From Octopus sinensis (taxonomy: Eukaryota): DNA of 64,000 bases. Under the pieces are notes generated by a model. The model saw only the letters and a program-made list of their open reading frames with translations, had not been told where the DNA came from and did no database searches. Made by a program: the position numbers and the translations under genes. Below, one piece after another: positions 51,301-64,000 of the stretch (position 1 is the stretch's first letter; every line of letters starts with the position of its first letter). Where the stretch lies: the NCBI RefSeq assembly GCF_006345805.1, contig NC_042999.1:109244001-109308000 (forward strand), in the 5' to 3' direction.

Positions 51301-51744
51301 GCTGGTTTGTGGGTTTATGTCAAACATCTGCTCTCATATGTGGGATAGATCTGGCTGTCAGCTGAGTCCATAGTGAAGATTCTGCCACTGCCTTCTTTTT
51401 GGCCTGGAAGTGTAGGCAATATTTATCTTTCTGGCAGCCTTAGCAAAAGAGGTTGTGTTGTGGACCAGATTGAAATGGCTAAAGACAAACATGGAAAGTA
51501 ATGGTGGAGCAGGAAGCACTGCTTTCCTGCAAATTTGTTGAAAGGTGGGTGAATGCAACAAGAATGGGTCTACTCTAAGCATGTGCTTGTAGATTGAGAG
51601 AAGAAGATGAAGAGAGGGCATTTACCCTAGTGGTCTGGCCATCTGTAGTATAAATATTTCTAACACAGTGAGGAAGCCAGAGATTTGGGTGAGTGGGGTG
51701 TTGATTTAAAAATAGGTGTCCTTGTACTTCAATAAATAAATGCG

Positions 51745-51990
51745 CCCTTTTAAAGCCTAGCCAGGCTCATGGGCCTGGTTTCCCAGTTTCAAAGGTGTAT
51801 GCGTTCCCCAGCTGGATGGGATGCCAGTCCATCGCAGCATTACTCATTTTTGCCAGCTGAGTGGACTAGAGCAACGTGAAATGAAGTGTTTTGTTCAAGA
51901 ACACAACACGTCGCCTGGTCCAGGACTCGAAACCACAATCTTACGGTCATGATGCTGACACCCTAACCACTAAGCCATGCACGTCCACAT
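51745..51990 (-). mobile_element. SINE family C
   Basis: Reverse complement of tggcttagtggttagggtg..gtgttcttgaacaaaacacttcatttcacgttgctctagtccactcagctggcaaaaatgagt. Confidence 0.85.
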
Positions 51991-53779
51991 CCTAGTACTT
52001 GACTGGTGTTTTATTATTGTTGATCTGAAAAAAATGGAAAGCAAAGTCAACTTCAGCAGGATTTGAACTCAGAATGCAAGGATCCAGAACAAATACTACA
52101 AGGTAATTTTTTATATTCTTATGATTCTGCTACTCTCTATAATAATAATGATGGTGATGATGGTAATGTTGCTGCTGCTACTGCTGATGTTGATGATGAT
52201 GCTTGTGATGATTAAGAGGAGACGGATTCTATTTAATGAATGCGAATTGACTAACATACTTCTTTTTAAATTGTACATTATTAGTTTGGAAATTAAAAAT
52301 ATTGTGTGTAAAATAATAAATAAATAAAACAAGTCCTGAGTCAACAGAAATAATGAGCTGGATGACATTTTCTTGAACAAAAGAAACTCAAAGAGTGGAA
52401 TGTATAAATCTAAATAAGGCACTTTTAAAGTAAAATGACTGAGATGTCATCAGAAATGTGTCATTTTACAAACATAAGTATTTTATAGTCTGTATAAAGT
52501 TGCTGTTTTAGAAAGTATGACACACAAAGAGCCTGTGACAGAAATATATTCATGAAGGATAAAGTTGGATGTAATAACAATATACTTTAGAGAAAACATA
52601 AGAGCTAAGAACAATAGAAACAAATCATATTTGTTTTAACAGGAGTATTTCTATTCGAACATAGAAAATTTATTTTGTAATGAAATTGCAAGTTATGCAA
52701 AAATTCACACATACTCTCTCTCTCCCCCACCCCACCACACACATATGTATATTAATTCAGGATGTTAACATTTGGATGTAGATGTCTTTTTTGGATATAA
52801 ATTTTAAGAGAAACAGAAATTATTCCATGGACATAATTCTTAAAATACAAGAAGTTTTATGTCTTTATGTATAATATTTATGGTTATTCTAAATTTATAA
52901 AAGAAAAAAAACTAAAACATAGCCCTGTTAAAATAAAAACCTAAATAACTCCAACACAGTACAATACCATCTCTCTTTGTATATGGGATTATATATGTGA
53001 AATTATTACTTAGTAACTTAAAATAGAGGCCAAATAAAACTATTCAATCTTTGCGACAGCCTATAATTGAAACAATCAATTTACTTACTCTTAATGATGC
53101 TAATATATTGCAAAACATGACCTTCAATCTACAAACCATAATTTATTTAAGTAATTTCAGAAGTTGATAAAGAGATTTTTTCGAATTATAAAAATGTATG
53201 AAATATCTTGATATGAATTTACTTTTTATTTTGTCTGAAGAATTTATGCAAAAAAAAAAAAACCAAAAACCAAAAACAAAAAAAAAAAAATCATATCTTT
53301 TGTAAATCATGTATATGGAATGCAAGAACTGTTATTTGTGTCAATGATAATAGAACCCCATTGTAAGACACTTTTACAGGGAATGAAATTAATATTGTAA
53401 GAATGCAAAATGATTTAAATATAATATAAACATGAATTACTTAAGCTCTATTCTTCACGATGCCAGGCTTGGAGATTTCGCTGTAGTATGGATATCAAGG
53501 AAACTACTAACATAACCATTTAAAAAATTTCTTCTGAAATTTTCAAGTTCAATTGAATGTTATAGGAGATTTTAACATTTGACTCGAAATGTTGTAGACA
53601 CAATTTTTTCACCTCTTGAGTATAGATTTTCTATGATCATTTAGCTGTTTACCTTCTTACTTCAGTTTTGTGAAAGACAATACTACCTAACCAGCATGCA
53701 GGATTGTGCAGCATGTAGTGCAGTATATTACATCTAATTTTCTGTTTTCATTCTCTTTTTAAATATCTGAAGGCTTTGG

Positions 53780-54055
53780 TGATGATTCCAGCCGCCCCGA
53801 CTGCCTCCGTGCCAGTGGCACGTAAAAAGCACCATCCGATCATGGCTGTTGCCAGCCTCACCTTGCCTCAGTGCCGGTGGCATGTAAAAAGCACCCACTA
53901 CACTCATGGAGTGGTTGGCGTTAGGAAGGGCATCCAGCCGTAGAAACATTGCCAGATCAGACTGGGCCTGGTGCAGCCTTCTGGCTTCTCAGACCCCAGT
54001 TGAACCGTCCAACCCATGCCAGCATGGAAAGCGGATGCTAAACGATGATGATGAG
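53780..54055 (+). mobile_element. RTE family 2 3' end
   Basis: Two modules, tail and (GAT)n. Confidence 0.88.
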
Positions 54056-56477
54056 GATTGAGAGAATGAACAACCATTACAGAGTCTTTTTTGCTTGGGC
54101 TATTTGGATAACAAAGTATAATAAACTGCTGATCCATTAATATCTGTAAATCTATTCTCAAGTATATTAATGCTTTAATAAACTTTAGAACAAATTTGTA
54201 GATATTAAGCACAGATATACACAAGTGGTCTTTTATGAAGTCATTTTGTGAACAGAAAAACGGGGCTCAAGGCGACTGGTTTCAATTCATGTTTGGATCT
54301 CATCTGGAACAGTGTACCCTCTTTGAAAACATTGTGTATATAGTCGCTATTACTAAAGACTTCAGTAAATTGAATAAGCTGATTTGCATAAATAACATTT
54401 TCTTGGCAGTTAATTCAACTATTGAATTGTTTACATGTTATTGTTTTAACGCTATGATGTATTTTACTATCTCCTCTGCTTTCAAGTATTTGGACTAGTC
54501 CCCTATTTCCTTTCTCACCCTTCTTTTTTTTTCTCAGCAACAGGTGTTCATGCTGGACATTAACTGCATTAAACCCACCTCTTCCTTTGGCTAAGTTATA
54601 AAATAATACTCACCTCTATTTGTCACTACTGTGATGTTTCAAGAATTTGTATGTTACTGATATTGTTGTTTAACTAAAGATCAACCCTGTTGATTCAGAT
54701 CTACATTCAAGAGCATTCAAGTTACAATCATCTTATCTTTTATATTACCATGTACTTTGGAATGACCTTATCCATTGTGTCCTTTTTTTTAAAGAAGATA
54801 GGTACAGGCTCATATTTAGGTGTTCATGGGTTTAGGTACTGCTCCAAGAAAATGGGCTCCATTGAAATATTATGAAATTGGTTCCCATCTAAGTAAATTC
54901 ATGGGATTCTTTAGTTTCTGGGTCTAGTGCTGCAGTACACATAACATTTACCTTAATATGGTACTGAGCAGGGTGTGATTCTAGAGAGATTTAGCTATCA
55001 TTTCTAGCAGATCAAATGACCCATATAGAGGCTCCCTCATACATTGCCAGCTTCTGTGGTTCACAAACTTGCATTTCTTTTCTTTTTTTGCTTCATTTGT
55101 ATAACTCTGAGGGCCAAGTGTTAAATCAAGATCTAGTTAGGTGATATAGGATTTCCACAAGAGTTAAATTTTGCTCACTTATGATATTTGTTTGTGAATT
55201 CAGGGATATATTAACCCCCTACCTTCCTCCTCCTTGTTTTCATCTTCATCTTCTTCAACCACCACCACCATCATGAACTAGATATTACTAACTATTCTTC
55301 CATAATGATTTTTAGGCACGAAGCCAGCAGTTTGAGAGGAGGGTTTTAGTTGACACCACTAACTCCAGTACTTGACTAGTACTTTACTTTATCATTAGCA
55401 AAAGATGAAAAGCCATGTTGACCTTAGCTGGATTTGAACACAGAATGTAAAGAGCCAGAAACTCTTCCCTAATAATAATAGTATTAATAATCGACCAGGT
55501 ACACGAATGATATTCAATTCATCCAAAATATTACTGGGATTAACTTTGCTAACCTAAAAAGGATGAAAGGTGAAATTGATCCGTTAACCTATGCAAGATT
55601 TGACTGCAGAAACATGATACATATTAAGTACTGTGAAGCATTCCATCAAAAAAATTTATTGTTTACACCATATTATATGCCTTGGAAAAAAAAATACAAC
55701 AATAATGATACCCCATGAATTTAGTAAAGATTTTAGTTTGTTTTTTGTTGCCATTACATAATCACATTTTGCTGGCAATATACTTTGATAAATCTGTTAG
55801 TTTTGCAATTTACATAATAAATAAGAGTTATTGCTTCTATGCCAGAGCTAAATTATTATCTGTTTATATTCAGTGGCAAACCAATCAATCATATAAGAGT
55901 AAAGATGAATATTTTGTCATGTAACTCCTAAGATTTTGAGAAATTGAGAGATAAATGTAAGCAGTGTTGCAGAAATAATTATTAAAGAATGTTATCGTTG
56001 TTAATGGAGATTCATTTGGCTATTATGATGAGTTAATTACATGAGATCAATTTAACATCTATTTGTACTGGTGGCTAAAACAATAATAATGCACTATAAA
56101 GATGCATCACTGGTAAGACCATTTTGGTTAAGTGAACTACCTTACTGGTATGAAATATTGAAAGTAACTACTTTTAGTAAAGCTTCTACTTTTAACACAT
56201 CTTTATAACTAGAGATGGCTTCTACATTTCCATTCAACCCATTAGAAATAGCAGCCTTATGTCTGTCATTATTCAGTTTTATTTCAACATTTCTTGCCAA
56301 TAGAGAAAGAGCTGGTTTCTAACCTAGATCCAAGGCTCCTTCATTGGAATTTCAACAACACCAACAGGGTATTCTTGTATGTATGTATATGTTCACATTT
56401 GCATATTTTGTTTTATGTATGTATTCTCATGCATATAGTTGCATATCTAGACATGCTTGTATATATTTAAATGATAA

Positions 56478-57860
56478 ACATCATCATCATCATCGTCATC
56501 ATTTAACGTCTATTGTCCATGCTAGCATGGGTTGGATGTTTTGACCAGGGCTGGTAAGCTGGAAGGCTGCACTAGACTCCAGTCTGATTTGGCATGGCTT
56601 TCTATGGCTGGATGGCCTTCCTAATACCAACCACTCCATGAGTATAATTGGTGCTTTTACATGCCACCAGCATGGGTGCCATTTGCATGACACTGGTATC
56701 TGCCACGACTGCGATTTTGCTCAACTTGATGGGTCTTCTTCTCAAGCATGATGTAATGCCAAAGGTCTCGGTCATTGCCTATGTGAGGTCCAACACTCAA
56801 AAGGAACTCAGCCACTTTGCCTCCATGAGTCCAATGTTCGAAAGGAACTCAGCCACTTTGCCTCTGGGAAGCCCAGCACTCGATAGGAACTCAGCCGCTT
56901 TGCCTTCATGAGGCCCAATGCTTGAAAGGAACTTAGCCACTTTGCCTCCATGAGGCCCAATGCTCCAATGGTGCTCTTTACGTGTCACTGGCATGGGTGC
57001 TAGATACATGACACCAACATCAGACAAGACTACGATTTTACTTGGCTTGTCAGGTTTTCTCAAGCACAGAATATTGCCAAAGGTCTCGGTCACTAGTCAT
57101 TGCCTCTGTGAGGTTCAAAGTTTGAAGTTCATGCTTCACCACTTTGTCCCATGTCTAGATAGGCACTTCTTTACACAAATGTCCTCATCCATATGCATCA
57201 CATGACCATACCAGCACAGTCGTCTCTCTTGCACACCACATCTGATGCCTCTTATGCCCTACCTTTCTCTCAAGATGCTTACACTCTGTTGACCATTCAC
57301 ACTGACATTGCACATCCAGTGCCGCATACTGGCTTCATTCCTTTCAAGTCTTTGCATGTCCTTGGCTGTCACAGTTCATATTTCAATACTATGTAGCATG
57401 GCTGATTGCATACAGGCATCATACACTCTGCGAGAGAGGCCCTTTGTTGCCAGCAGAGAGGATTTCTCTGAACTTTGCCAAGCCTAATCATATTCTCACA
57501 GCTACATTCTTGGAGTATCCCGTTCCATTACTAACTTGGCCACCTAGATAATGGAAGCTATCTACTACTTCTAGCTTGCCCCACTGGCAGTTGATGGGGT
57601 CTATTTTCTGCACATCTTCTGCTTTTGTAGTACCTGTGCATCTTCCACATACGAAAGCTAATTTCTCTGTTAACCTTTCTCTGATATTGTCTGGAGGACT
57701 ATGATGAACAAGAGGGGGTTAAGCACAAATCCTTGGTGAACCCCTACTTGTACACTGAATTCTTTACTCTGCTTATTGCCAACTTTCACCTTATTGGTGG
57801 CATCTCTGTACATAGCTTGTACAGCTCTCATTAACCACTCGTCTATCCCTAGTTTCTGCA
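56478..57860 (-). mobile_element. RTE family 2 copy with RT remnant and a 42 bp tandem array
   Basis: KLGIDEWL..VQVGVHQGFVLNPLLFIIVL (RT), C-terminal remnant, tail. Confidence 0.85.
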
Positions 57861-58201
57861 CTAACCACCAGAGAAGGGATCAGGGGACCCTCTCTTGCAC
57901 AAACTCACTGCCATCTTGGTTACACTTGATAGCAACTTCTTTTCAAGCAGTATAGTTTATTTTATCTTTTAATCAAGATACACACGCACAACACACATAC
58001 ACACACACACACACACAGAGATAAATATGGTGGTTGCATTCCATTACATCCACTTGAAATCAATAAAATACTGATCAATACAGAGTCCTGTAGTCGATAT
58101 ATATCTATCTATAAACTCTTGATTGGTGTGCCTCAACATGTCAGCCATGCAAAAACTGAAATCAGTTTAAGAATTAATAATGAAAAAATTGCTTATTTAT
58201 A

Positions 58202-59441
58202 TTAAATTGTTTCACATGAAATGTCGTATTTGAAAGGTAACAATAAAATGTTTTGGAAGTGTTAGAGAACTGATTTATTTAATCAAAGTATGATCCATGT
58301 TCATTTATAACGTTTACCTAACATATCTCTATGTCATATATTCCATCTTTAAAAAAATTAATATTTTGTTGTGATAAACTGTCCAAATGCTTCAATTACC
58401 TCTTCTCTGTATAAGAATGTTTTATTGCTTATTAAAAGCTCAAAATGCTTAAATAAGTGATGATCAGTTGGAGTGATATCAGGGGAATAAGGAGAATGTT
58501 GCAAAATCTAATAATTCAGGTTTTGCAACTTTGGGACCGTAGCTTGAGGAGTGTGAGGACGTGCATTGTTGTGGAGCAAATTGGGCCATCTCTATTCACT
58601 AGTCTAGGTTGCTTCTTTATCAAATTCTTATGCATACCATCAATTTCCTGGCAATACAATGTTACCATTTTTCCCTGTTGCAAAAATGAATAATGGATAA
58701 CACCCTTTGCAGACCACTATACAGCAACCATTAACTTTTTAGCGTGCAATGGTGGGTTTGGGTAGTGTTTAGATGACTCTCCTACATCAAACCACTGTCC
58801 TGTTCTGCTGTTGTCAAAGAGTATCCATTTCTCATCACAAGTAATGATTTGATGCAAAAATGGTCTTTTTCTAGTTGTGAAAGCAATAAGAAGCACACTT
58901 TGAGGCGTCTGGTTTTTGAATCTCGTTCAGTTGATGTGGAAAAAAATCTATGTATTTTCTTGACTTTTTCATTATTTTACAGATGTCCAAAATCAGCTGT
59001 GCAAGATGTTTGGAGTTCTGATGAAAGTTTTCACACCTTTGTTCTCAGATTTTGTTCAACCAAAGCATTTAATCCATCATGCCAAATAATTGATTTTGGC
59101 CTACCCCTTGGTTTATTTTCAGGGCTACCATCTCCTGAACGAGAACTTTGAAACCATCTTTGAACAGTTCTGATGTCAACAAAACCATTACCAAAGGCCT
59201 GCTTGATATTCCGTCGAGCTTCTGTGGCAGAGTGACCCAATTTGTACTCATACAAGAAAAATAACTCAGCATAGTTTGGTTATTATCATTTTCATAAGAT
59301 CTATGGGTATGAATTTTGCATACCAATATTGTTGGGAAAGAAGAAGAGTCAAGACTAAATGCAAGATATACACAACTGAGTTTTTAAATGGCTGAAATAA
59401 TAAGTAATTAAAAAGGCGACATTTCATGTGAAACAACCTAA
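58202..59441 (-). mobile_element. Full-length decayed mariner element
   Basis: TIRs tta..ttgtttcacatgaaatgtcg / cgacatttcatgtgaaacaacctaa, TA on both sides; transposase remnants YKLGHSATEA..RGRP, IITCDEKW, KLMVAV*W, EHGSYFD*. Confidence 0.9.
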
Positions 59442-60224
59442 TATTTATCAGAGATCGCCCCCCTCTCTCTCTCTTTCAGTTCTAAGTGATATATTCTTTT
59501 GGCATTGGATTTTCGTTTTATTTTATGAAGCAGTTCATTTATTTCTTCATTTATTGTTGGTTGGAATATCACTTACAGCACTAAATTCTATTTATATATT
59601 CTTCTCACCTTAATTCACTATCACTTAAATTTTGATCATATTTTCATAATATTTATGTATTTCCATATATCTTTTCATATAATGTTGACTAATAAGGCAC
59701 CTCCTAATCCAATATTTTGAACATTTATTTAAGATTCATTAACTTATTAATTTGTTAATTGAATATTTAAGATTTGAAAATTAAAGCTGTAAAATAGCTG
59801 ATAGTGATTGTAACATCTACACATCAACAGAGGCTGGAGACACACATGTATATACTTGAATATTTGAAGATATTTAATAATAATGCTTCTTATATGTTAG
59901 TATGCAGGAAGGGTCGGGTGCAAAAGTAGGTATACAGTAAGTATCACAGCAACGCTATAATACTTAATTCATTAAAATTATTAGCATATTAAATTAGCTA
60001 GTCTCATTTTTAATGTTTTCAGTATCATTAATCATAATACATTTATCTTAACTATAGTAATACTTTTATTGTAATTTTTTTTTTGATGAAAGTAAATGAG
60101 TGTTGTCTTTTTTTCATAATTGTATACCTACTTTTGCACCACCCTGCATCTATATCTTTCTGTCCATCTATCCATCCATCCGTCTGTCTGTCTATTTATC
60201 TATGTGTATGTATATATAGATGCA

Positions 60225-60385
60225 GGCATGGCTGGCAGCTAAGAAATTCACTTTGCAACCATGTGATTTCAGGTTCAATCCTACTGCATGTCACATTGGG
60301 TAGGTGTCTTCTAATGTAGTCCTAGGCTGACTAATGTTTTGTCAGTGAATTTGGTTGATGGAAATTGTGTAAATCCTTTGAATAT
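60225..60385 (+). mobile_element. SINE family A head (decayed)
   Basis: caaccatgtgatttcaggttcaatcc..ttgggtaggtgtcttcta. Confidence 0.65.
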
Positions 60386-60649
60386 GTGTGTGTGTGCATG
60401 CATGTATGTGTTTTGTGTATGTGTGCGTGAGTGTGCATGTGTGTGCATATGTGTGTATGGAGAGAGGGAGAGAGAAAGGGAGAGAGGGAGAGAGAAAGGA
60501 AGCGGGAGAGGGGGGAGAGTGAGAATTATTTGTTAGCAGATAATTTTGTTAAACAAGTGGCTGACACATAGTCGCTTAATCTGCTGAAAATAGCAACCAA
60601 AACTCTAACAAGTTACACACTACCATTTTAAATTTGGGAAGGACACATT

Positions 60650-61110
60650 GTAAGACCTGCAAGGTGATAGGTAATGCTTGTCTTCTTTTGACTCACATGA
60701 TATCATTAAAGTGCTGAGAAATAATGAACGATACAAGTACTTAGGGATACTGCAAGATGATAAGTTAAAGGGAAGGGAAATGAGTAAAACAAACAGTGTA
60801 AGATCATAGACTTTGCAATACCTTATGATAACAGAGTGGATGCCAAAGAAATTGAAACAAAATTGAGAAATATAGTGACCTAACTAGGGAGCTGAAAAGA
60901 TTAAGACAAAGTGACAAATGTTTCTGTAGATGGTGCACTTGTCACAATGCCAAAACTGCTATCTAAGGGGCTGAAGAATATTGGAATTGATACTTGTTTT
61001 TGTGACCTGCAAAATGTACCATCATGCATTCTGTATAAATCCTAAGAAAGATTCTTGGATTAAGAGGAGACAGACTTGTCACCAAACCATATGATAACAT
61101 TCCAGCTAGC
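60650..61110 (+). pseudogene. R4/Dong-type RLE retrotransposon remnant 1 (RT end joined to RLE)
   Basis: YKYLGILQDD followed shortly by KIIDFAIPYDNRVDAKEIE..KYSDLTRELKRL; (TAA)n follows. Confidence 0.7.
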
Positions 61111-61131
61111 TAAATTAGCATGAAATTGCTT

Positions 61132-61180
<49 letters not shown>

Positions 61181-61439
61181 TAAAGGATTGAGGTAACTCT
61201 GCCAGAAGATATAGAGTCAAAATTAAAAGAAGAGTGCCATTGTTATCTAGTGAATGATATTTTGACATCTCGTGTGTCTTCAACTAGTTCAAAAAATAAT
61301 TTTGTCAATCTTCTTCATTTTGGTTAACATAGAAAAGATTGAGGTGACTCTTCCTGAAGATATAGAGTCAAAATTAAAAAAAGTAGATTGACAAAATTAT
61401 TATGTAGAAGTAGATTCCCAGTGTAGATTATGAAAATCA

Positions 61440-61990
61440 AAAGAGGAAAGCGTTACTCATATAGTAAGTGAATGTAGCATGCTGGCACAGAAAGAATACA
61501 AGAAAAGACATAACAATCGAGGGGAAGCAATCCACTGGGAGCTTTGTAGAAAGCTAGGATTTGAACATACTGATAAATGGTATGAACATGAACCTAGTAA
61601 AGTACTAGAAAGTAAGAAATACAAGATGTTGTGGGACTTTAACATTCAGATTGACAGAGTAATAGAAGCTAGAAGGCCTGATATTGTAGTAGTAGATAAA
61701 GAGAATAGAAAGAGCCAGATAATTGACTTTACAGTCCGAAATGATAAACCAAATTAATATGAGAAGTATAGAAAAAATAGTAAAGTACCAGGACCTTGCT
61801 ATTGAATTACAGAGACTATGGAAAGTGCAGGTAAAATGTATCTCAGTAGTTATAGGTGCATTGGGGACTATACCTAAAGATTTGAACAGATGGATAGAGG
61901 AAATAGGCATAAAACCCAGTTTAGTACAGCTGCAGAAAACAGTATTAGGGGCAGCTAGAATACTTAGGAGGGTTCTTGGCATCTAAGGCA
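61440..61990 (+). pseudogene. R4/Dong-type RLE retrotransposon remnant 2
   Basis: HIVSEC..RHN..IHWELC..KWYEH..LWDFNIQ..RRPDIVVVDK..IIDF..KYQDL..VIGALG..ARILRRVL*: CCHC end plus PD-(D/E)XK endonuclease. Confidence 0.9.
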
Positions 61991-62042
61991 ACTTGTTAGG
62001 ATTCTTTTCTTTTCAATTGAGTTTATATGATTAATAATAATA

Positions 62043-62080
<38 letters not shown>

Positions 62081-62081
62081 G

Positions 62082-62345
62082 TGGAATCTAAAAACAGAAA
62101 CAATTCCTATCATAGTAGGTGCATTAAAAATATTCAGACAAATACATAACAAAAACATCAGGACTTACAAACACATATAACATACAGAAAATTGCATTAC
62201 TAGGCACTGCACACATCCTATGCAGAACACTTTCAATACAGTAACCATCAGAGCATCACAACAAATCACAGCACATACCCAAGGCACACAGAGCTGCCCT
62301 CGGTAGTGAAGTGAAAGCTCGTTATAAAAATAAAACTACTGATTG
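62082..62345 (+). pseudogene. R4/Dong-type remnant 3 (3' end and UTR)
   Basis: WNLKTETIPIIVGAL..NIQKIALLGTAHIL.RTLSIQ*; (TAA)n on both sides. Confidence 0.82.
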
Positions 62346-62369
62346 ATAATAATAATGATAATAATAATA

Positions 62370-62530
62370 ATTTCAAACTTTGGTACAAGGAAAACAAGTT
62401 TGGAAGAGGGGGTAAGTCGATTACATCGACTCCAGTGCTCAACTGGTACTTATTTTATTGATCCTGAAAGCATGAAAGGTAAAGTCAACCTTGACAGAAG
62501 TTGAATTCAGAATATAAAGACCAATGAAAT
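62370..62530 (-). mobile_element. SINE family B partial
   Basis: gggggtaagtcgattacatcgac..ggtacttattttattgatcctgaaag. Confidence 0.7.
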
Positions 62531-62539
62531 AGGTAAACC

Positions 62540-63330
62540 AGACAGAAAAGCACAGAAAGCCATTTGTTAGCAACACTCACTGAATTGAGTACTGGACCTG
62601 CCATGCCCTTTGTCAATCAGACAATGCTACCAGTGGAGGTTCCACTTTGGTGTTCTATAGAGGGTTAGTGTGAGGTAAGAACAATGACATTCTTGAGAAG
62701 ACCATGAGCATCAACAAAAATCAACTGTCTGATCTGTTTCAAAAGACTTTTGGATTAGATCTCATTGATCATTTCCAGAAATCCCCGGTCTGGCATTGCT
62801 ATCGCCAGTGTGTGTGTGTGAACATTGTTTGTGTGGGATAAACTCTAAGGCACAGACAGAGTACTACTCTTAGGTCAGCCTCAGATGTGTACAAAGAAAG
62901 AAAGCTTGTTTTGCTTGCGCTTTTCCAGTATCTTAGCATTTCTAACTTGTAGAATTATGCCAAACACTTGCTATTGGGTGTGGGGGATAGATCCAGCTAT
63001 CAGCTGAATCCATTAGGAAGATCATCCTGCCACCTTCCTTTGACCAAAATGGGTAGACAGTCTTCATCTGTCTGGTGACTTCAGTGCAAGATGTTATGTG
63101 AGGGGACAAGACTGAAGAGCTAAAAACAGACACCTTCTTTGGCCAAGGCCTCATCAGCTTTTGAAGTTTGGGTGCAAAGTAAAGTGCTGCTTCACAGCAA
63201 ATTTGTTGAAAGGTGGAAGAGAATAGCAAAGATCTGAGTGAATGGGGTTTGCTCCAAGTATATTGAGGAAGGAGGATAGGGAGAGAACACTTACCCTAGT
63301 GGTAAAGGAGATCATGGTTTTGTGGGATTT
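62540..63330 (-). mobile_element. Decayed repeat, possibly the 5' region of RTE family 2; related copy at ~51290-51660
   Basis: Shared blocks gcaaatttgttgaaaggtgg, ttaccctagtggt and gatagatc..gct.tcagctga.tccat between the two loci. Confidence 0.4.
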
Positions 63331-63599
63331 GCACATGCAACCTTCAGAAGTTTTCCCCTATTGTAGAATTATTTCTTGTTTGCATGTTTTGTTTTTGTTA
63401 ACCCCACACTGTAATGCCCTGTACTATTTTAAACATTTTTTTCTTGTATCCCTAGTGGTTACTGAAAAAACATTATTATCATTAAAATTATTATCATTAA
63501 AATTATTTCTGTTATTATTAATATTATTATTATTATTACTATTATTATTATTATTATTATTTACTTTTAATCTGCATGTTCGTTGCAATAACTTCGAGA

Positions 63600-64000
63600 C
63601 ACACCCAACATCTTAGGGTGAGTGAAGGATAGGAGATGGTAAAGTATGACTGAAATCTTGGGGAGGGGAAATGGCAGGAGCAGTAATGAAATAGCTTCAA
63701 GTAATATGACATAGATATTTTAATTTGATAGGGTTTTTCTAAGGATGTGAGCAGTATGTGTCAGCAGAATGATTTGGATTTCTCTGAGATATGGTTCTCC
63801 TAGAATGTTATCTAGATGTTTCTGACATCTCCTTTTTTATCATACCTAGGGCACCTATGATAACAAGAGCAGTTATCACTTTAAGATGTCACATCTTTTG
63901 TATTTCAATTTCCAGGTCCTTATATTTACTTAATTTGTCAAATTCCTTTACAGATATATTTTTATCAGTGGGAACACTTACATCTATTAGTCTACAAATA
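63600..64000 (-). pseudogene. R4/Dong-type remnant 4 (runs off the window)
   Basis: LIDVSVPTDKNISVKEFDKLSKYKDLEIEIQKM..IIGALGMIKK..TAHILRKTLSN* (stop 63720-63722); (TTA)n at ~63510-63562. Confidence 0.85.

Overview
Eukaryotic, AT-rich DNA, dense in microsatellites and transposons. The repeat families look like those of a cephalopod (Octopus-like), but this is an inference from memory, not a database result. No bacterial-type genes, CRISPR arrays, rRNA or real tRNA genes were seen, and most ORF-track entries are microsatellite artefacts. Main content: (1) a full-length, GC-rich RTE-clade LINE (~9.35-13.3 kb) broken only by small deletions; (2) many truncated copies of a second RTE family with a tandem-modular 3' UTR and (GAT)n tail; (3) three tRNA-derived SINE families; (4) two copies of an internally deleted mariner, one full-length decayed mariner and one Tc1/mariner fragment; (5) hAT MITEs, a non-autonomous Helitron with canonical ends, a Gypsy integrase remnant and decayed APE-type LINE pieces; (6) four R4/Dong-type RLE retrotransposon 3' ends at (TAA)n arrays; (7) Penelope-like remnants with a type I hammerhead ribozyme motif (minus strand, 7357-7447); (8) a tentative + strand spliced transcript whose product I cannot name. 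Coordinates of decayed repeats are approximate.
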